NCBI GenBank assembly: GCA_965240325.2
Contig: OZ251250.1
Span: 248,001 to 312,000 of the forward strand
Direction: 5' to 3'
Length of the DNA stretch: 64,000 nt
Origin: Rebecca billardiae RCC1528
Lineage: Eukaryota > Protista > Haptophyta
This document shows positions 10,935-21,628 of this stretch, one piece after another. Both the position numbers and the translations under genes were made by a program. How positions within the stretch are numbered: position 1 is the stretch's first letter; each line of letters starts with the position of its first letter. The notes under the pieces were generated by a model, which did not search any database, was not told where the DNA came from, and was given only the letters and a program-made list of their open reading frames with translations.

Positions 10935-12350
10935 ATGGTCGACCCGACGTACCGCACGTGTGATCACACCGGCTGCAACGGCCTGCCTTCGTTCGGCATG
11001 CCTGGCGACGCGCGTCCCAGCCGGTGCTGGGAGCACAAGCTCGCCGGCATGGTCAACGTGAAGTGCCCCAAGTGCCAGCACGCGGGCTGCACCAAGTCGA
11101 AAGCGTGGGGCATGCCGGGCGACGCGCGCGCCAGCTTTTGCGCAGTGCACAAGCTGGCCGGCATGGTCGACATGAAGCACCTCAAGTACGTGTCGAGCCG
11201 CAAGTGTGATCACGCGGGCTGCACCACTGCGCCTTCGTTCGGCATGCCGGGTGACGCGCGCGCCAGCCGGTGCTGGGAGCACAAGCTGGCCGGCATGGTC
11301 GACGTGAAGTGCCCCAAGTGCCAGCACGCGGGCTGCACCAAGTCGAAAGCGTGGGGCATGCCGGGCGACGCGCGCGCCAGCTTTTGCGCAGTGCACAAGC
11401 TGGCCGGCATGGTCGACATGAAGCACCTCAAGTACGTGTCGAGCCGCAAGTGTGATCACGCGGGCTGCACCACTGCGCCTTCGTTCGGCATGCCGGGTGA
11501 CGCGCGCGCCAGCCGGTGCTGGGAGCACAAGCTGGCCGGCATGGTCGACCTGAAGAACCGCAAGTGCGATCACACGGGCTGCACCACGCAGCCTTTCTTT
11601 GGCATGCCTGGCGACGCGCGCGCCAGCCGGTGCGCTGCGCACAAGCTGGCCGGCATGGTCAACGTGTCGAACCGCAAGTGTGATCACACGGGCTGCACCA
11701 CTAAGCCTTCGCTCGGCATGCCGGGCGACGCGCGCGCCAGCCGGTGCGCTGCGCACAAGCTGGCCGGCATGGTCAACGTGTCGAACCGCAAGTGTGATCA
11801 CACGGGCTGCACCACTAAGCCTTCGCTCGGCATGCCGGGCGACGCGCGCGCCAGCCGGTGCGCTGCGCACAAGCTGGCCGGCATGGTCAACGTGTCGAAC
11901 CGCAAGTGTGATCACACGGGCTGCACCACGGTGCCTTCATTTGGCATGCCGGGCGACGCGCGCGCAGGCCGGTGCGCTGCGCACAAGCTGGCCGGCATGG
12001 TCGACCTGAAGCACCCCAAGTGTGATCACACCGGCTGCACCACGGTGCCTTCATTTGGCATGCCGGGCGACGCGCGCGCCAGCCGGTGCGCTGCGCACAA
12101 GCTGGCCGGCATGGTCAACGTGAATAGCCGCCTGCAAGGTAGTGCGCACAAGCGTGGGCTGGAGCAAGACACGAGCGCCGAAGAATCGAGCGCCGCCAAG
12201 CGACAGCGGAAGCACACCAGCAGCACAGCCACTGCTACTCGGGACGTTGCAGCGCGGCCGCGATCGCCGCAGCTCCCGCCGCTGGTCACAGCCAGCGTCG
12301 TATCGGCGCCGCCGCCGAACGTCCCTGTAATGATGGCCAGGCTGGCGTGA
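10935..12350 (+). CDS. EsV-1-7-type Cys/His repeat protein, copy 1 (10 repeats, 471 aa from first in-frame ATG)
   Basis: Tandem 114-bp units encoding MVDxxxRKCDHTGCTTxPSFGMPGDARASRCAAHKLAG (C-x4-C-x16-C-x2-H), matching the EsV-1-7 repeat as I recall it. Basic C-tail AAKRQRKH. The start is uncertain because a half repeat lies upstream of the ATG. Confidence 0.8.
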   Translation: MVDPTYRTCDHTGCNGLPSFGMPGDARPSRCWEHKLAGMVNVKCPKCQHAGCTKSKAWGMPGDARASFCAVHKLAGMVDMKHLKYVSSRKCDHAGCTTAPSFGMPGDARASRCWEHKLAGMVDVKCPKCQHAGCTKSKAWGMPGDARASFCAVHKLAGMVDMKHLKYVSSRKCDHAGCTTAPSFGMPGDARASRCWEHKLAGMVDLKNRKCDHTGCTTQPFFGMPGDARASRCAAHKLAGMVNVSNRKCDHTGCTTKPSLGMPGDARASRCAAHKLAGMVNVSNRKCDHTGCTTKPSLGMPGDARASRCAAHKLAGMVNVSNRKCDHTGCTTVPSFGMPGDARAGRCAAHKLAGMVDLKHPKCDHTGCTTVPSFGMPGDARASRCAAHKLAGMVNVNSRLQGSAHKRGLEQDTSAEESSAAKRQRKHTSSTATATRDVAARPRSPQLPPLVTASVVSAPPPNVPVMMARLA

Positions 12351-13896
12351 CCGGCGCCGCCGCAGACGGCAGAGTGGCCTGCTGCCGAGCTGCGCGAGCG
12401 GACCCTGCGCGAGTGCGCGACGACTGTCCCACTGCGCGCGCCAGCGGCCGACGTTTGTGGCACTTCTCACCCTCATCGACATCCGCCGGAGGCCGATGAT
12501 GATTGATGATGCCGTGATGCGGCCCGGTGCCGTGTGAGGCTAGTCTGGAGCGACTGCTAGTACTTACAACGGCGTCATCTGGATGCGCGCTGCTACTTTT
12601 TGTCGCTGCCAGATCTACTCGTCATTGATATGTCTGGCATGCCGCTCAGCTGGGCCAGCCAGAGGCCTGTTCATCAGCAGCCGGTGCCCGCGCCGGGACG
12701 GCGGCAGGGCGCCGCGCGGCGGTCGGCCTGTTGCAAATTGAATAAAATATGGGTTGGCGCTGCGCGTCAACTTGGGCTGGAAACCTGTTTCTGAAACGCA
12801 TGATGGCACGCCGGGCCGGTAGCCCGAGGCTCGGAATTCCGACGCTGCCACGGGCGCCACAGGGGCGCAGCGGCGGGGCTGACGACGCGCGCGCGTGTGC
12901 ACGTCTGACCACGGAGTGCGCGCTGAATGACCGGCCCGTCTGCAGCACCACGCCCCGCGCTGTGAGTGAGAGTGTGGCCCGCGCCCAAGCGAGAACGCGG
13001 GCTTACGGGGCGGCACTCCGCCGACCTCGCCGGCCGCCGACCAGCCCGCGGCCGCCTGCTGCAGCTCGTGGACCACGCAGTCGCGCGCTCGCGCGTGGAG
13101 GGCGGACCTGCGCGTATGCGCCCGCCGGGCTTGCCGCTTCATCCGCTGGCACCGCACGCGAGCCGCTCGTCGCGCGCAGTGCAGGTCGAGCCCTCCGCCG
13201 CCACCGAGCCGGCGCCACGCCTCGCGCTCGTGCTCGAGCTGAGGCGGCGCGTGTCGCCCGAGCCGGCGGGTTCGCGCGCGTGCGCGTGGTGGGCAGCCTC
13301 GCGCGTGCGCCCGCCGCGCGCCCCGCGTCGCTCGCTTGGCGCCGCACGCGAGCCGCTCGTCGCGCGACCGAACGAGACGTCAATCGCAAGGGCGACCGGC
13401 GACCCTTGGAATGGCGTGGGCTCGCTCGCCTGTCGTCCTTCACGGGACGTCGTCGATGCGAGGCCGCGCGGTTGCTCCGATGCTCGTAGTCCAATGCAAG
13501 ATGATACCCGCGTGCCAATATCAGCGCGCCCCTTTGCTCGTGAAATGTCTAGCGAGAAAGTGACGGTTCGTGCGAATGTGAAGTGTGAACTCGCGACACG
13601 ACGAATGGGCCGATGCGATTCGCGCGAATGTGAGTACGCAAAGCGCCGAACGACGAGCGGCTTTTGACCGAACGACGAGCGGCTTTTGTCCTATCGAGCG
13701 CCTAGGCGGGTACGCGAATTGCGCATATGTGACCGACAGACAGACAGACAGACGGGTTAGCCGGGGCGTCAAAAAAAGGCCTGCGACGGGCTGGTCCCCA
13801 GCGTGAAGTCGTGCCTTTGTTCTCGTGGGTTTCCAGAATAATACGCCAACAAATATGTGACGGCGACATCCCAGTGGGAATCCGCGTGACGCCCGG

Positions 13897-14037
13897 TTGG
13901 ATGCAGAGTGTTCTCGACGAGGATGGCGTCTGGACCGCGGGGAACGCGATCGCTGCACCCCTGAGGTTGTCGTGAGTGCAGCAATCCACTTGCGCCAGGC
14001 TGCGGCGTGACCTACGTCGAGAACACTCTGCATCCAA
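13897..14037. repeat. Perfect 23-bp inverted repeat pair enclosing 95 bp
   Basis: TTGGATGCAGAGTGTTCTCGACG (13897-13919) and CGTCGAGAACACTCTGCATCCAA (14015-14037). Confidence 0.9.
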
Positions 14038-14104
14038 GTGGGCACCCCCTCATGTCCAAGCGGAAGCAGAAGCTCTCCGCGCGCGGTCGACGCGGCAAGA
14101 AAGC

Positions 14105-14680
14105 TCAGAAGGGCTGGAGCTCAAGATTCAGCGCATGCTGCAGCCCGCAAGACGCGTGAGGAGGCGGGCACGAGGCGCTACGCAAGTCCCGGTCGACCTC
14201 GATCTCATCGTCCGTGTCCTCAGCTCCAGCGCCGGCCTTCCGCTGGAGCTGCGCCGTCACGTCGTGCGACATGCCAGTCGTTGAGCTCGCTGAAGATGGG
14301 GCGGAGCGCGCAGGGACCGGATGTCGGGCGCATGTTGCGCGGGAGCGCGGCACGGCACGGTGCGCACGAGCACGGCCAGCGACACACCCACACGCGACCC
14401 GCCTGGTCGATGCGCAGGTTGTGGAAGCTCTTCCGGCTTGAGTGCGGGCGCGCTTCTCGTCGCGCGTCGCCGGGTCGATTGTGTCGTACCCCGGAAAGTC
14501 GGATGATCTCGGCGTAGGGTACCACCACACGATCGCGCGTCCTCGCGAGCTGCGCGCGCGTGCGGTTCATAATCAGCTCCGAGCCGCCCAGCTCCGTGTT
14601 CATCTGCTTGGCCGTCCCCAGCCAGCGCGCGATCTCCTCGGTGAAGCTGATAATGCGGGGCGCCCTCCTCGAGCGCCGCC
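14105..14680 (-). pseudogene. Possible C-terminal remnant of a DDE transposase (Sola2-like)
   Basis: IISFTEEIARWL...SRKSFHNLRIDQAGRVWVCRWPCSCAPC...GPC...DW resembles the GTRSxH...RxxSCxCxxC...C...W tail I recall from Sola2-type transposases. It lies inside an element with a 4-bp TSD. No catalytic core was seen. Confidence 0.4.
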
Positions 14681-15596
14681 GACTCCGCCGAGGCCCGAGC
14701 GCATCAGCTCCGGGTTGACACTGGCTCGCAGAGCGCTTCCTGGACGACCAGCAGCGACGCGTGGCACTCATTGAGCCCGGTCACAACGGGGCCATCCCAG
14801 CCGTGGATGACGCCGGCGGCAACTAGTCTGATGACAGTGAATCCTACGAACGTACTATCTCATTCTCTTGCAGTACTGTCCTGTTGAGCACCGTTCGGAC
14901 ACTGCGCCGTATTCCCGTAAGCTTCTACTGATCCTCGACGCTTACCTCTAGACCCCGACACTGCTTTGGGGGCGTCTGGGGACTGATCGTGGCTGGCACC
15001 GAGGTGGTCGACTTCATCTACTTGGCTGGCGCACCTTCGACTCCTCCAATACCCAGTAGAAGTACCGCGAGCTCTCGTGGTGGCACTCCGAGGAGCGCTG
15101 CACCGCAAGGCGAGCGCAGATTGCAGATGGTGATTGCGAGCGCGCCCGCGGGCGAGACTACGCACAACTCGAGCACGATGGGGAAGGCGTTGAGGAAGAT
15201 CCCGGCCGTTCTCTCGGCCGCAGACCACAGCATGATTCTCGACCAGATGGCTGAGCGCGCCGACGCGCTCGATCACAACTCGTGTCGGCACTGCACGCCG
15301 ACGGCGTCGACGAGTGTCGACCTGACTGCCGAGCGTGCCGTGACTGTATAGCATGCAGCGTGGCGCACACTCTGTCTAGAACCGTAGGCAAGCGTCGACG
15401 CGCGTCGTCTGGTGCGACGCGCGCCTCCTGAGCGCCTCCCGTGGCCGCCGCCGCAGCGCGGCAGCGGCCATCATGAAAAAAAATCGCTCGCCGAAATTCC
15501 CTCCGATGTCGCGTTTGGTCTCACTTCAAAATGCAACAAGCCGGTCTCAGGGCGCGGTCAGACTCCGGGACCGCACAGTGAGTGGCTCAACGAGGA

Positions 15597-16115
15597 TCAC
15601 CGAGCCGGTCGCTCCCACTGCGGACACGCGCCACTCGGCTGATCAACAATACAATCCCATTTATGACGATACATACATAGTGACCACGCCGAGAGGAACC
15701 GAGCGAGCGCCGCGCGGCCCGCGGGCCGCGCGAGCGGCACGGAGAGCGTGGCGGGCGCGCCGCACGCGCGGCTGGCCTCGTCGCGCCAGCGCACGGCGAG
15801 CTGGTCGGTGCGGTCGTCGAAGGAGGTGCGCAGCCGCGCGAGCGCCTCGCCCGCCGAGAACGCCGAGAAGAAGAACTCCTTGTGCACCCACCGCGGGTCG
15901 TCCGCGTCACAGGCCGCGCCGGGCTCGCGCGCGCGCGCGCCGCGCAGCAGCGCGTAGCGGCGGTCGGCGGGGAAGGCGTCGCCCTCGCCGAGCCGCACGC
16001 GCTCGAGCTCGTCGAACCACAGGCCCTTGCACGGGTAGCGGTGCAGCGCGCTCACGCGCGCCAGCGAGCCCGGCGAGGCCCACAGCAGCGCGCCGAGCGC
16101 CGCCGCGGCAGCCAT
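15597..16115 (-). pseudogene. Truncated MOSC duplicate (N-terminal part plus novel C-tail, 172 aa open)
   Basis: Nearly identical to 10314-10742, then switches to WSLCMYRHKWDCIVDQPSGACPQWERPAR*. It lacks the segment carrying the conserved MOSC Cys. Confidence 0.8.
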
Positions 16116-16292
16116 CGCGGACGGCGGCCGGAAGGGGTGCAGCCTTTGCCGTGCCCGTGCGGGCACTGGGCAGCCCTGCCTCCCCGTCCGCGCGGTTGCG
16201 GGAGGGTCAACCAGCCATCGCGCAAGGGGGCGCCGCGGCCCTTTTGGTTCGACGCGCGCGCCAGCCGGTGCTCTGCGCACACGCTGGCCGGA

Positions 16293-17594
16293 ATGGTCGA
16301 CCCGACGTACCGCACGTGTGATCACACCGGCTGCAACGGCCTGCCTTCGTTCGGCATGCCTGGCGACGCGCGCGCCAGCCGGTGCTGGGAGCACAAGCTC
16401 GCCGGCATGGTCAACGTGAAGTGCCCCAAGTGCCAGCACGCGGGCTGCACCAAGTCGAAAGCGTGGGGCATGCCGGGCGACGCGCGCGCCAGCTTTTGCG
16501 CAGTGCACAAGCTGGCCGGCATGGTCGACATGAAGCACCTCAAGTACGTGTCGAGCCGCAAGTGTGATCACGCGGGCTGCACCACTGCGCCTTCGTTCGG
16601 CATGCCGGGTGACGCGCGCGCCAGCCGGTGCTGGGAGCACAAGCTGGCCGGCATGGTCGACGTGAAGTGCCCCAAGTGCCAGCACGCGGGCTGCACCAAG
16701 TCGAAGGCGTGGGGCATGCCGGGCGACGCGCGCGCCAGCTTTTGCACAGTGCACAAGCTGGCCGGCATGGTCGACATGAAGCACCTCAAGTACGTGTCGA
16801 GCCGCAAGTGTGATCACGCGGGCTGCACCACTGTGCCTTCGCTCGGCATGCCGGGCGACGCGCGCGCCAGCCGGTGCGCCACGCACAAGCTGGCCGGCAT
16901 GGTCGACGTGGTGAACCGCAAGTGCGATCGCACGGGCTGCACCACGGTGCCTTCATTTGGCATGCCGGGCGACGCGCGCGCCAGCCGGTGCGCTGCGCAC
17001 AAGCTGGCCGGCATGGTCAACGTGTCGAACCGCAAGTGTGATCACACGGGCTGCACCACGCGGCCTTCGCTCGGCATGCCGGGCGACGCGCGCGCCAGCC
17101 GGTGCGCTGCGCACAAGCTGGCCGGCATGGTCGACCTGCAGCACCGCAAGTGTGATCACACGGGCTGCACCAAGGGGCCTTCATTCGGCATGCCGGGCGA
17201 CGCGCGCGCCAGCCGGTGCGCTGCGCACAAGCTCGCCGGCATGGTCGACCTGAAGAACCGCAAGTGTGATCACACGGGCTGCACCACGGTGCCTTCATTC
17301 GGCATGCCGGGCGACGCGCGTGCCAGCCGGTGCGCTGCGCACAAGCTGGCCGGCATGGTCAACGTGAATAGCCGCCTGCAAGGTAGTGCGCACAAGCGTG
17401 GGCTGGAGCAAGACACGAGCGCCGAAGAATCGAGCGCCGCCAAGCGACAGCGGAAGCACACCAGCAGCACAGCCACTGCTACTCGGGACGTTGCAGCGCG
17501 GCCGCGATCGCCGCAGCTCCCGCCGCTGGTCACAGCCAGCGTCGTATCGGCGCCGCCGCCGAACGTCCCTGTAATGATGGCCAGGCTGGCGTGA
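16293..17594 (+). CDS. EsV-1-7-type repeat protein, copy 2 (9 repeats, 433 aa)
   Basis: Same scaffold and C-tail as copy 1, exactly one 38-aa unit shorter, with different variable residues. Confidence 0.8.
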   Translation: MVDPTYRTCDHTGCNGLPSFGMPGDARASRCWEHKLAGMVNVKCPKCQHAGCTKSKAWGMPGDARASFCAVHKLAGMVDMKHLKYVSSRKCDHAGCTTAPSFGMPGDARASRCWEHKLAGMVDVKCPKCQHAGCTKSKAWGMPGDARASFCTVHKLAGMVDMKHLKYVSSRKCDHAGCTTVPSLGMPGDARASRCATHKLAGMVDVVNRKCDRTGCTTVPSFGMPGDARASRCAAHKLAGMVNVSNRKCDHTGCTTRPSLGMPGDARASRCAAHKLAGMVDLQHRKCDHTGCTKGPSFGMPGDARASRCAAHKLAGMVDLKNRKCDHTGCTTVPSFGMPGDARASRCAAHKLAGMVNVNSRLQGSAHKRGLEQDTSAEESSAAKRQRKHTSSTATATRDVAARPRSPQLPPLVTASVVSAPPPNVPVMMARLA

Positions 17595-18043
17595 CCGGCG
17601 CCGCCGCAGACGGCAGAGTGGCCTGCTGCCGAGCTGCGCGAGCGGACCCTGCGCGAGTGCGCGACGACTGTCCCACTGCGCGCGCCAGCGGCCGACGTTT
17701 GTGGCACTTCTCACCCTCATCGACATCCGCCGGAGGCCGATGATGATGCCGTGATGCGGCCCGGTGCGGCCGGTGCCGTGTGACTGTGAGGCTAGTCTCG
17801 ACTGCTAGTACTTGTAACAACGGCGTCTGGATGCGCGCTGCTACTTATTGTCGCTGCCAGATCTACTCGTCATTGATATGTCTGGCATGCCGGTCAGCTG
17901 GGCCAGCCAGAGGCCTGTTCATCAGCAGCGGTGCCCGCGCCGGGACGGCGGCAGGGCGCCGCGCGGCGGTCTCAGAGTGATGACTGATGAGTCTCAGGGC
18001 GCGGTCAGACTCCGGGACCGCACAGTGAGTGCCTCAACGAGGA

Positions 18044-18562
18044 TCACCGAGCCGGTCGCTCCCACTGCGGACACGCGCCACTCGGCTGATCAACAATACA
18101 ATCCCATTTATGATGATACATACATAGTGACCACGCCGAGAGGAACCGAGCGAGCGCCGCGCGGCCCGCCGGCCGCGCGAGCGGCACGGAGAGCGTGGCG
18201 GGCGCGCCGCACGCGCGGCTGGCCTCGTCGCGCCAGCGCACGGCGAGCTGGTCGGTGCGGTCGTCGAAGGAGGTGCGCAGCCGCGCGAGCGCCTCGCCCG
18301 CCGAGAACGCCGAGAAGAAGAACTCCTTGTGCACCCACCGCGGGTCGTCCGCGTCAAAGCCCGCGCCGGGCTCGCGCGCGCGCGCGCCGCGCAGCAGCGC
18401 GTAGCGGCGGTCGGCGGGGAAGGCGTCGCCCTCGCCGAGCCGCACGCGCTCGAGCTCGTCGAACCACAGGCCCTTGCACGGGTAGCGGTGCAGCGCGCTC
18501 ACGCGCGCCAGCGAGCCCGGCGAGGCCCACAGCAGCGCGCCGAGCGCCGCCGCGGCAGCCAT
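18044..18562 (-). pseudogene. Truncated MOSC duplicate (172 aa open)
   Basis: Same junction and length (519 bp) as 15597-16115. Confidence 0.8.
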
Positions 18563-18674
18563 CGCGGACGGCGGCCGGGAGGGGTGCAGCCCTTGGCGTG
18601 CCCGTGCGGGCACTGGCCGCCGCTGCCCTGCGGCGCTGACGGCGGGAGGTACGCTGCGCGAAGCTGCCGCGCGG

Positions 18675-19349
18675 ATGAGCGCCCAACCTGACGAGGGTCA
18701 GGCGAGCGCCACGCTGCCATCTCTGCCCCAGATCGACCTCCTCCTCGAAGACGGCGACCCTGAACATTGGGACGCTGAGCTCGTCATCTCGGCCGGGGAC
18801 CTCGACGTGTACACGCTCGCGCTCACGTCGGACAACGAGGCCAAACTGCCGAGCGCGTGGCAAGCGCAGGCGCATTACCGCCTGCTCTTTGCCATCTTCG
18901 TCCCGCGCTGGTTCACGCACGGCTTCTCCAGCCCCGCGTGCTTTGTGGACGGCCGGCTCCTGAAAGGCGTGCACATCGACGCCGCTGAACTGACGGCGCC
19001 GACTCACTACCTCCTGCTCAGCGTGCGGCACGAAGCTCAGCGTGCGGCGCGGCATGCGTCCGGTCGCCCGTGGCTGTCGCAGGTGCCATGGATGACCGCC
19101 GACGTTGTGCTCACCGTCGTGCAGCACCTGCTCGCGCACGGCCAGATGGTCGGCCAAGCTGCGCCTGCGCTGCGCGCCGAGCGCGCCCGGAGCTCGCCGC
19201 GATCGCCGCAGCCTTCTAAGGCATGGGCGCGAGCTTCCCGGCCAAGGCGCATGAGCTCGAGCAGCGCGCGCAGGCGCACGCAGCCGCCGCCTCGCCTGGC
19301 CGGCGGCGGCGGCACGTCGGTTGGGCACGCATGTCGTCCGAACCTGTAG
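18675..19349 (+). CDS. Hypothetical protein present only in copy 3 of the unit
   Basis: ATG-initiated 224-aa ORF. The first ~160 aa look globular with host-like codons (IDLLLEDGDPEHWDAELVISAGDLDVYTL...). No family recognised; the tail may be frameshifted. Confidence 0.5.
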   Translation: MSAQPDEGQASATLPSLPQIDLLLEDGDPEHWDAELVISAGDLDVYTLALTSDNEAKLPSAWQAQAHYRLLFAIFVPRWFTHGFSSPACFVDGRLLKGVHIDAAELTAPTHYLLLSVRHEAQRAARHASGRPWLSQVPWMTADVVLTVVQHLLAHGQMVGQAAPALRAERARSSPRSPQPSKAWARASRPRRMSSSSARRRTQPPPRLAGGGGTSVGHACRPNL

Positions 19350-20015
19350 CAAGGCTTGCAGCCAGTCGATCCTCACGCACGTCGGCACGAAGTGTACGCT
19401 CGCCGAAGCTGCAGGCCACGTCGAGCCTCGCGCACAAGCGCCCGTCCCGTCGCCGTCGCCGTCGACGACTGCCGCCATCAGCTCCTGGTCTGCGGCCGCA
19501 GCCTAGCTGACTCCGGTCCGGTCGTCAACCCACGGGCCCGGCCGCGGCGGCACGGCGGTGGCGGCCGCGGCGCACCGACCTGCGCCTCAGCTCAGGCTAC
19601 CGCACGCACGCTCGTGATCGACGCCGCCTACTATATGATCGTAGCAGCAGCATATCTATAGGCCGTAATCTGCCCATCTCGACGCGCCGACTTGACCGTA
19701 AGTGGGCGCGCAGCACGCGACCCTACGCGGATGGCAGCTGTCGAGCTGAGTTGCGACTGACTGCACGACCCTCAGTAGATCGCCCAGCGCCGGCGACTCG
19801 CCGCGCGCACAGGCGAGCGCGCTTGCAGCAGTTGCCCATGTATGTGCCCCGACGTGCCAAGCTCGAGAGCGCCTCGAAACTCGCCCTGGATGGGCCACGC
19901 GCGCAGCCTCGAGAGCGCGCGGCCGCAGACTGGGCCGGGCCGGGCGGAATGCAGCAGGCCTGCGCGGCGGAGCGAGGCGACAGTGCGGGGCGAGAAGGGG
20001 CGGGGATGATCCTCC

Positions 20016-21440
20016 ATGTCTCCTGGGGCCATCCGCCCAGCGCGCGCGGGCGTGCGCGCCGCGAGGGCCGCGCATCAGCCTGCGCAGCGCGCGTGGTGCG
20101 GGTCAGATTGGTCGCCATCGCCCGATCCTGAGGGTTTGCTCCCCAAGCCGTGCGGTTGCGGGAGGGTCAACCAGCCATCGCGCAAGGGGGCGCCGCGGCC
20201 CTTTTGGTTCGACGCGCGCGCCAGCCGGTGCTCTGCGCACACGCTGGCCGGAATGGTCGAGCCAAAGTACCGCACGTGTGATCACACCGGCTGCAACGGC
20301 CTGCCTTCGTTCGGCATGCCTGGCGACGCGCGTCCCAGCCGGTGCTGGGAGCACAAGCTCGCCGGCATGGTCAACGTGAAGTGCCCCAAGTGCCAGCACG
20401 CGGGCTGCACCAAGTCGAAAGCGTGGGGCATGCCGGGCGACGCGCGCGCCAGCTTTTGCGCAGTGCACAAGCTGGCCGGCATGGTCGACATGAAGCACCT
20501 CAAGTACGTGTCGAGCCGCAAGTGTGATCACGCGGGCTGCACCACTGCGCCTTCGTTCGGCATGCCGGGTGACGCGCGCGCCAGCCGGTGCTGGGAGCAC
20601 AAGCTGGCCGGCATGGTCGACGTGAAGTGCCCCAAGTGCCAGCACGCGGGCTGCACCAAGTCGAAAGCGTGGGGCATGCCGGGCGACGCGCGCGCCAGCT
20701 TTTGCGCAGTGCACAAGCTGGCCGGCATGGTCGACATGAAGCACCTCAAGTACGTGTCGAGCCGCAAGTGTGATCACGCGGGCTGCACCACTGCGCCTTC
20801 GTTCGGCATGCCGGGTGACGCGCGCGCCAGCCGGTGCTGGGAGCACAAGCTGGCCGGCATGGTCGACCTGAAGAACCGCAAGTGCGATCACACGGGCTGC
20901 ACCACGCAGCCTTTCTTTGGCATGCCGGGCGACGCGCGCGCCAGCCGGTGCGCTGCGCACAAGCTCGCCGGCATGGTCGACCTGAAGAACCGCAAGTGTG
21001 ATCACACGGGCTGCACCAAGGGGCCTTCATTCGGCATGCCGGGCGACGCGCGCGCCAGCCGGTGCGCTACGCACAAGCTCGCCGGCATGGTCGACCTGAA
21101 GAACCGCAAGTGTGATCACACGGGCTGCACCACGATGCCTTCATTCGGCATGCCGGGCGACGCGCGTGCCAGCCGGTGCGCTGCGCACAAGCTGGCCGGC
21201 ATGGTCAACGTGAATAGCCGCCTGCAAGGTAGTGCGCACAAGCGTGGGCTGGAGCAAGACACGAGCGCCGAAGAATCGAGCGCCGCCAAGCGACAGCGGA
21301 AGCACACCAGCAGCACAACCACTGCTACTCCGGACGTTGCAGCGCGGCCGCGATCGCCGCAGCTCCCGCCGCTGGTCACAGCCAGCGTCGTATCGGCGCC
21401 GCCGCCGAACGTACCTGTAATGATGGCCAGGCTGGCGTGA
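20016..21440 (+). CDS. EsV-1-7-type repeat protein, copy 3 (8 repeats plus half repeat; 474 aa from ATG 20016, or 395 aa from 20253)
   Basis: The only copy with a true in-frame ATG upstream of the half repeat. Confidence 0.8.
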   Translation: MSPGAIRPARAGVRAARAAHQPAQRAWCGSDWSPSPDPEGLLPKPCGCGRVNQPSRKGAPRPFWFDARASRCSAHTLAGMVEPKYRTCDHTGCNGLPSFGMPGDARPSRCWEHKLAGMVNVKCPKCQHAGCTKSKAWGMPGDARASFCAVHKLAGMVDMKHLKYVSSRKCDHAGCTTAPSFGMPGDARASRCWEHKLAGMVDVKCPKCQHAGCTKSKAWGMPGDARASFCAVHKLAGMVDMKHLKYVSSRKCDHAGCTTAPSFGMPGDARASRCWEHKLAGMVDLKNRKCDHTGCTTQPFFGMPGDARASRCAAHKLAGMVDLKNRKCDHTGCTKGPSFGMPGDARASRCATHKLAGMVDLKNRKCDHTGCTTMPSFGMPGDARASRCAAHKLAGMVNVNSRLQGSAHKRGLEQDTSAEESSAAKRQRKHTSSTTTATPDVAARPRSPQLPPLVTASVVSAPPPNVPVMMARLA

Positions 21441-21628
21441 CCGGCGCCGCCGCAGACGGCAGAGTGGCCTGCTGCGCGAGCGGACCCGCGGCCGCGACGA
21501 CTGCGCGCAGGGGGGCCGACGACGTTTCGGTTTGCGGCACCCTTCCCCTCCCGGTCGCGGAGGCGGATGGACGGGTCACGGGGTGCCGCGTGTAACTATA
21601 ACTCTGGACTAGTGGAGCAGACTATCGT

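Larger units (their letters stand above)
12725..15542. mobile_element. 2.8-kb TIR DNA transposon (non-autonomous or decayed), 4-bp TSD GGTC
   Basis: Left end GGCCTGTTGCAAATTGAA; right end reverse complement GGCTTGTTGCATTTTGAA (15/18). GGTC at 12721-12724 and 15543-15546. The element is absent from the matching flank of copy 2 (~17968). Confidence 0.85.

Noticed and set aside
10743-11915. MOSC fused to upstream VDHAGQLVRSAPAGARVARH repeats (704-aa ORF)
   Set aside because: This is the antisense reading of the Cys/His repeats. MOSC has its own ATG and signal-like N-terminus at 10742.
10935-12130. Constant/variable alternation resembling a CRISPR array
   Set aside because: Units are 114 bp, in frame and protein-coding. 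The variable parts are homologous to each other, there are no cas genes, and the context is eukaryotic.
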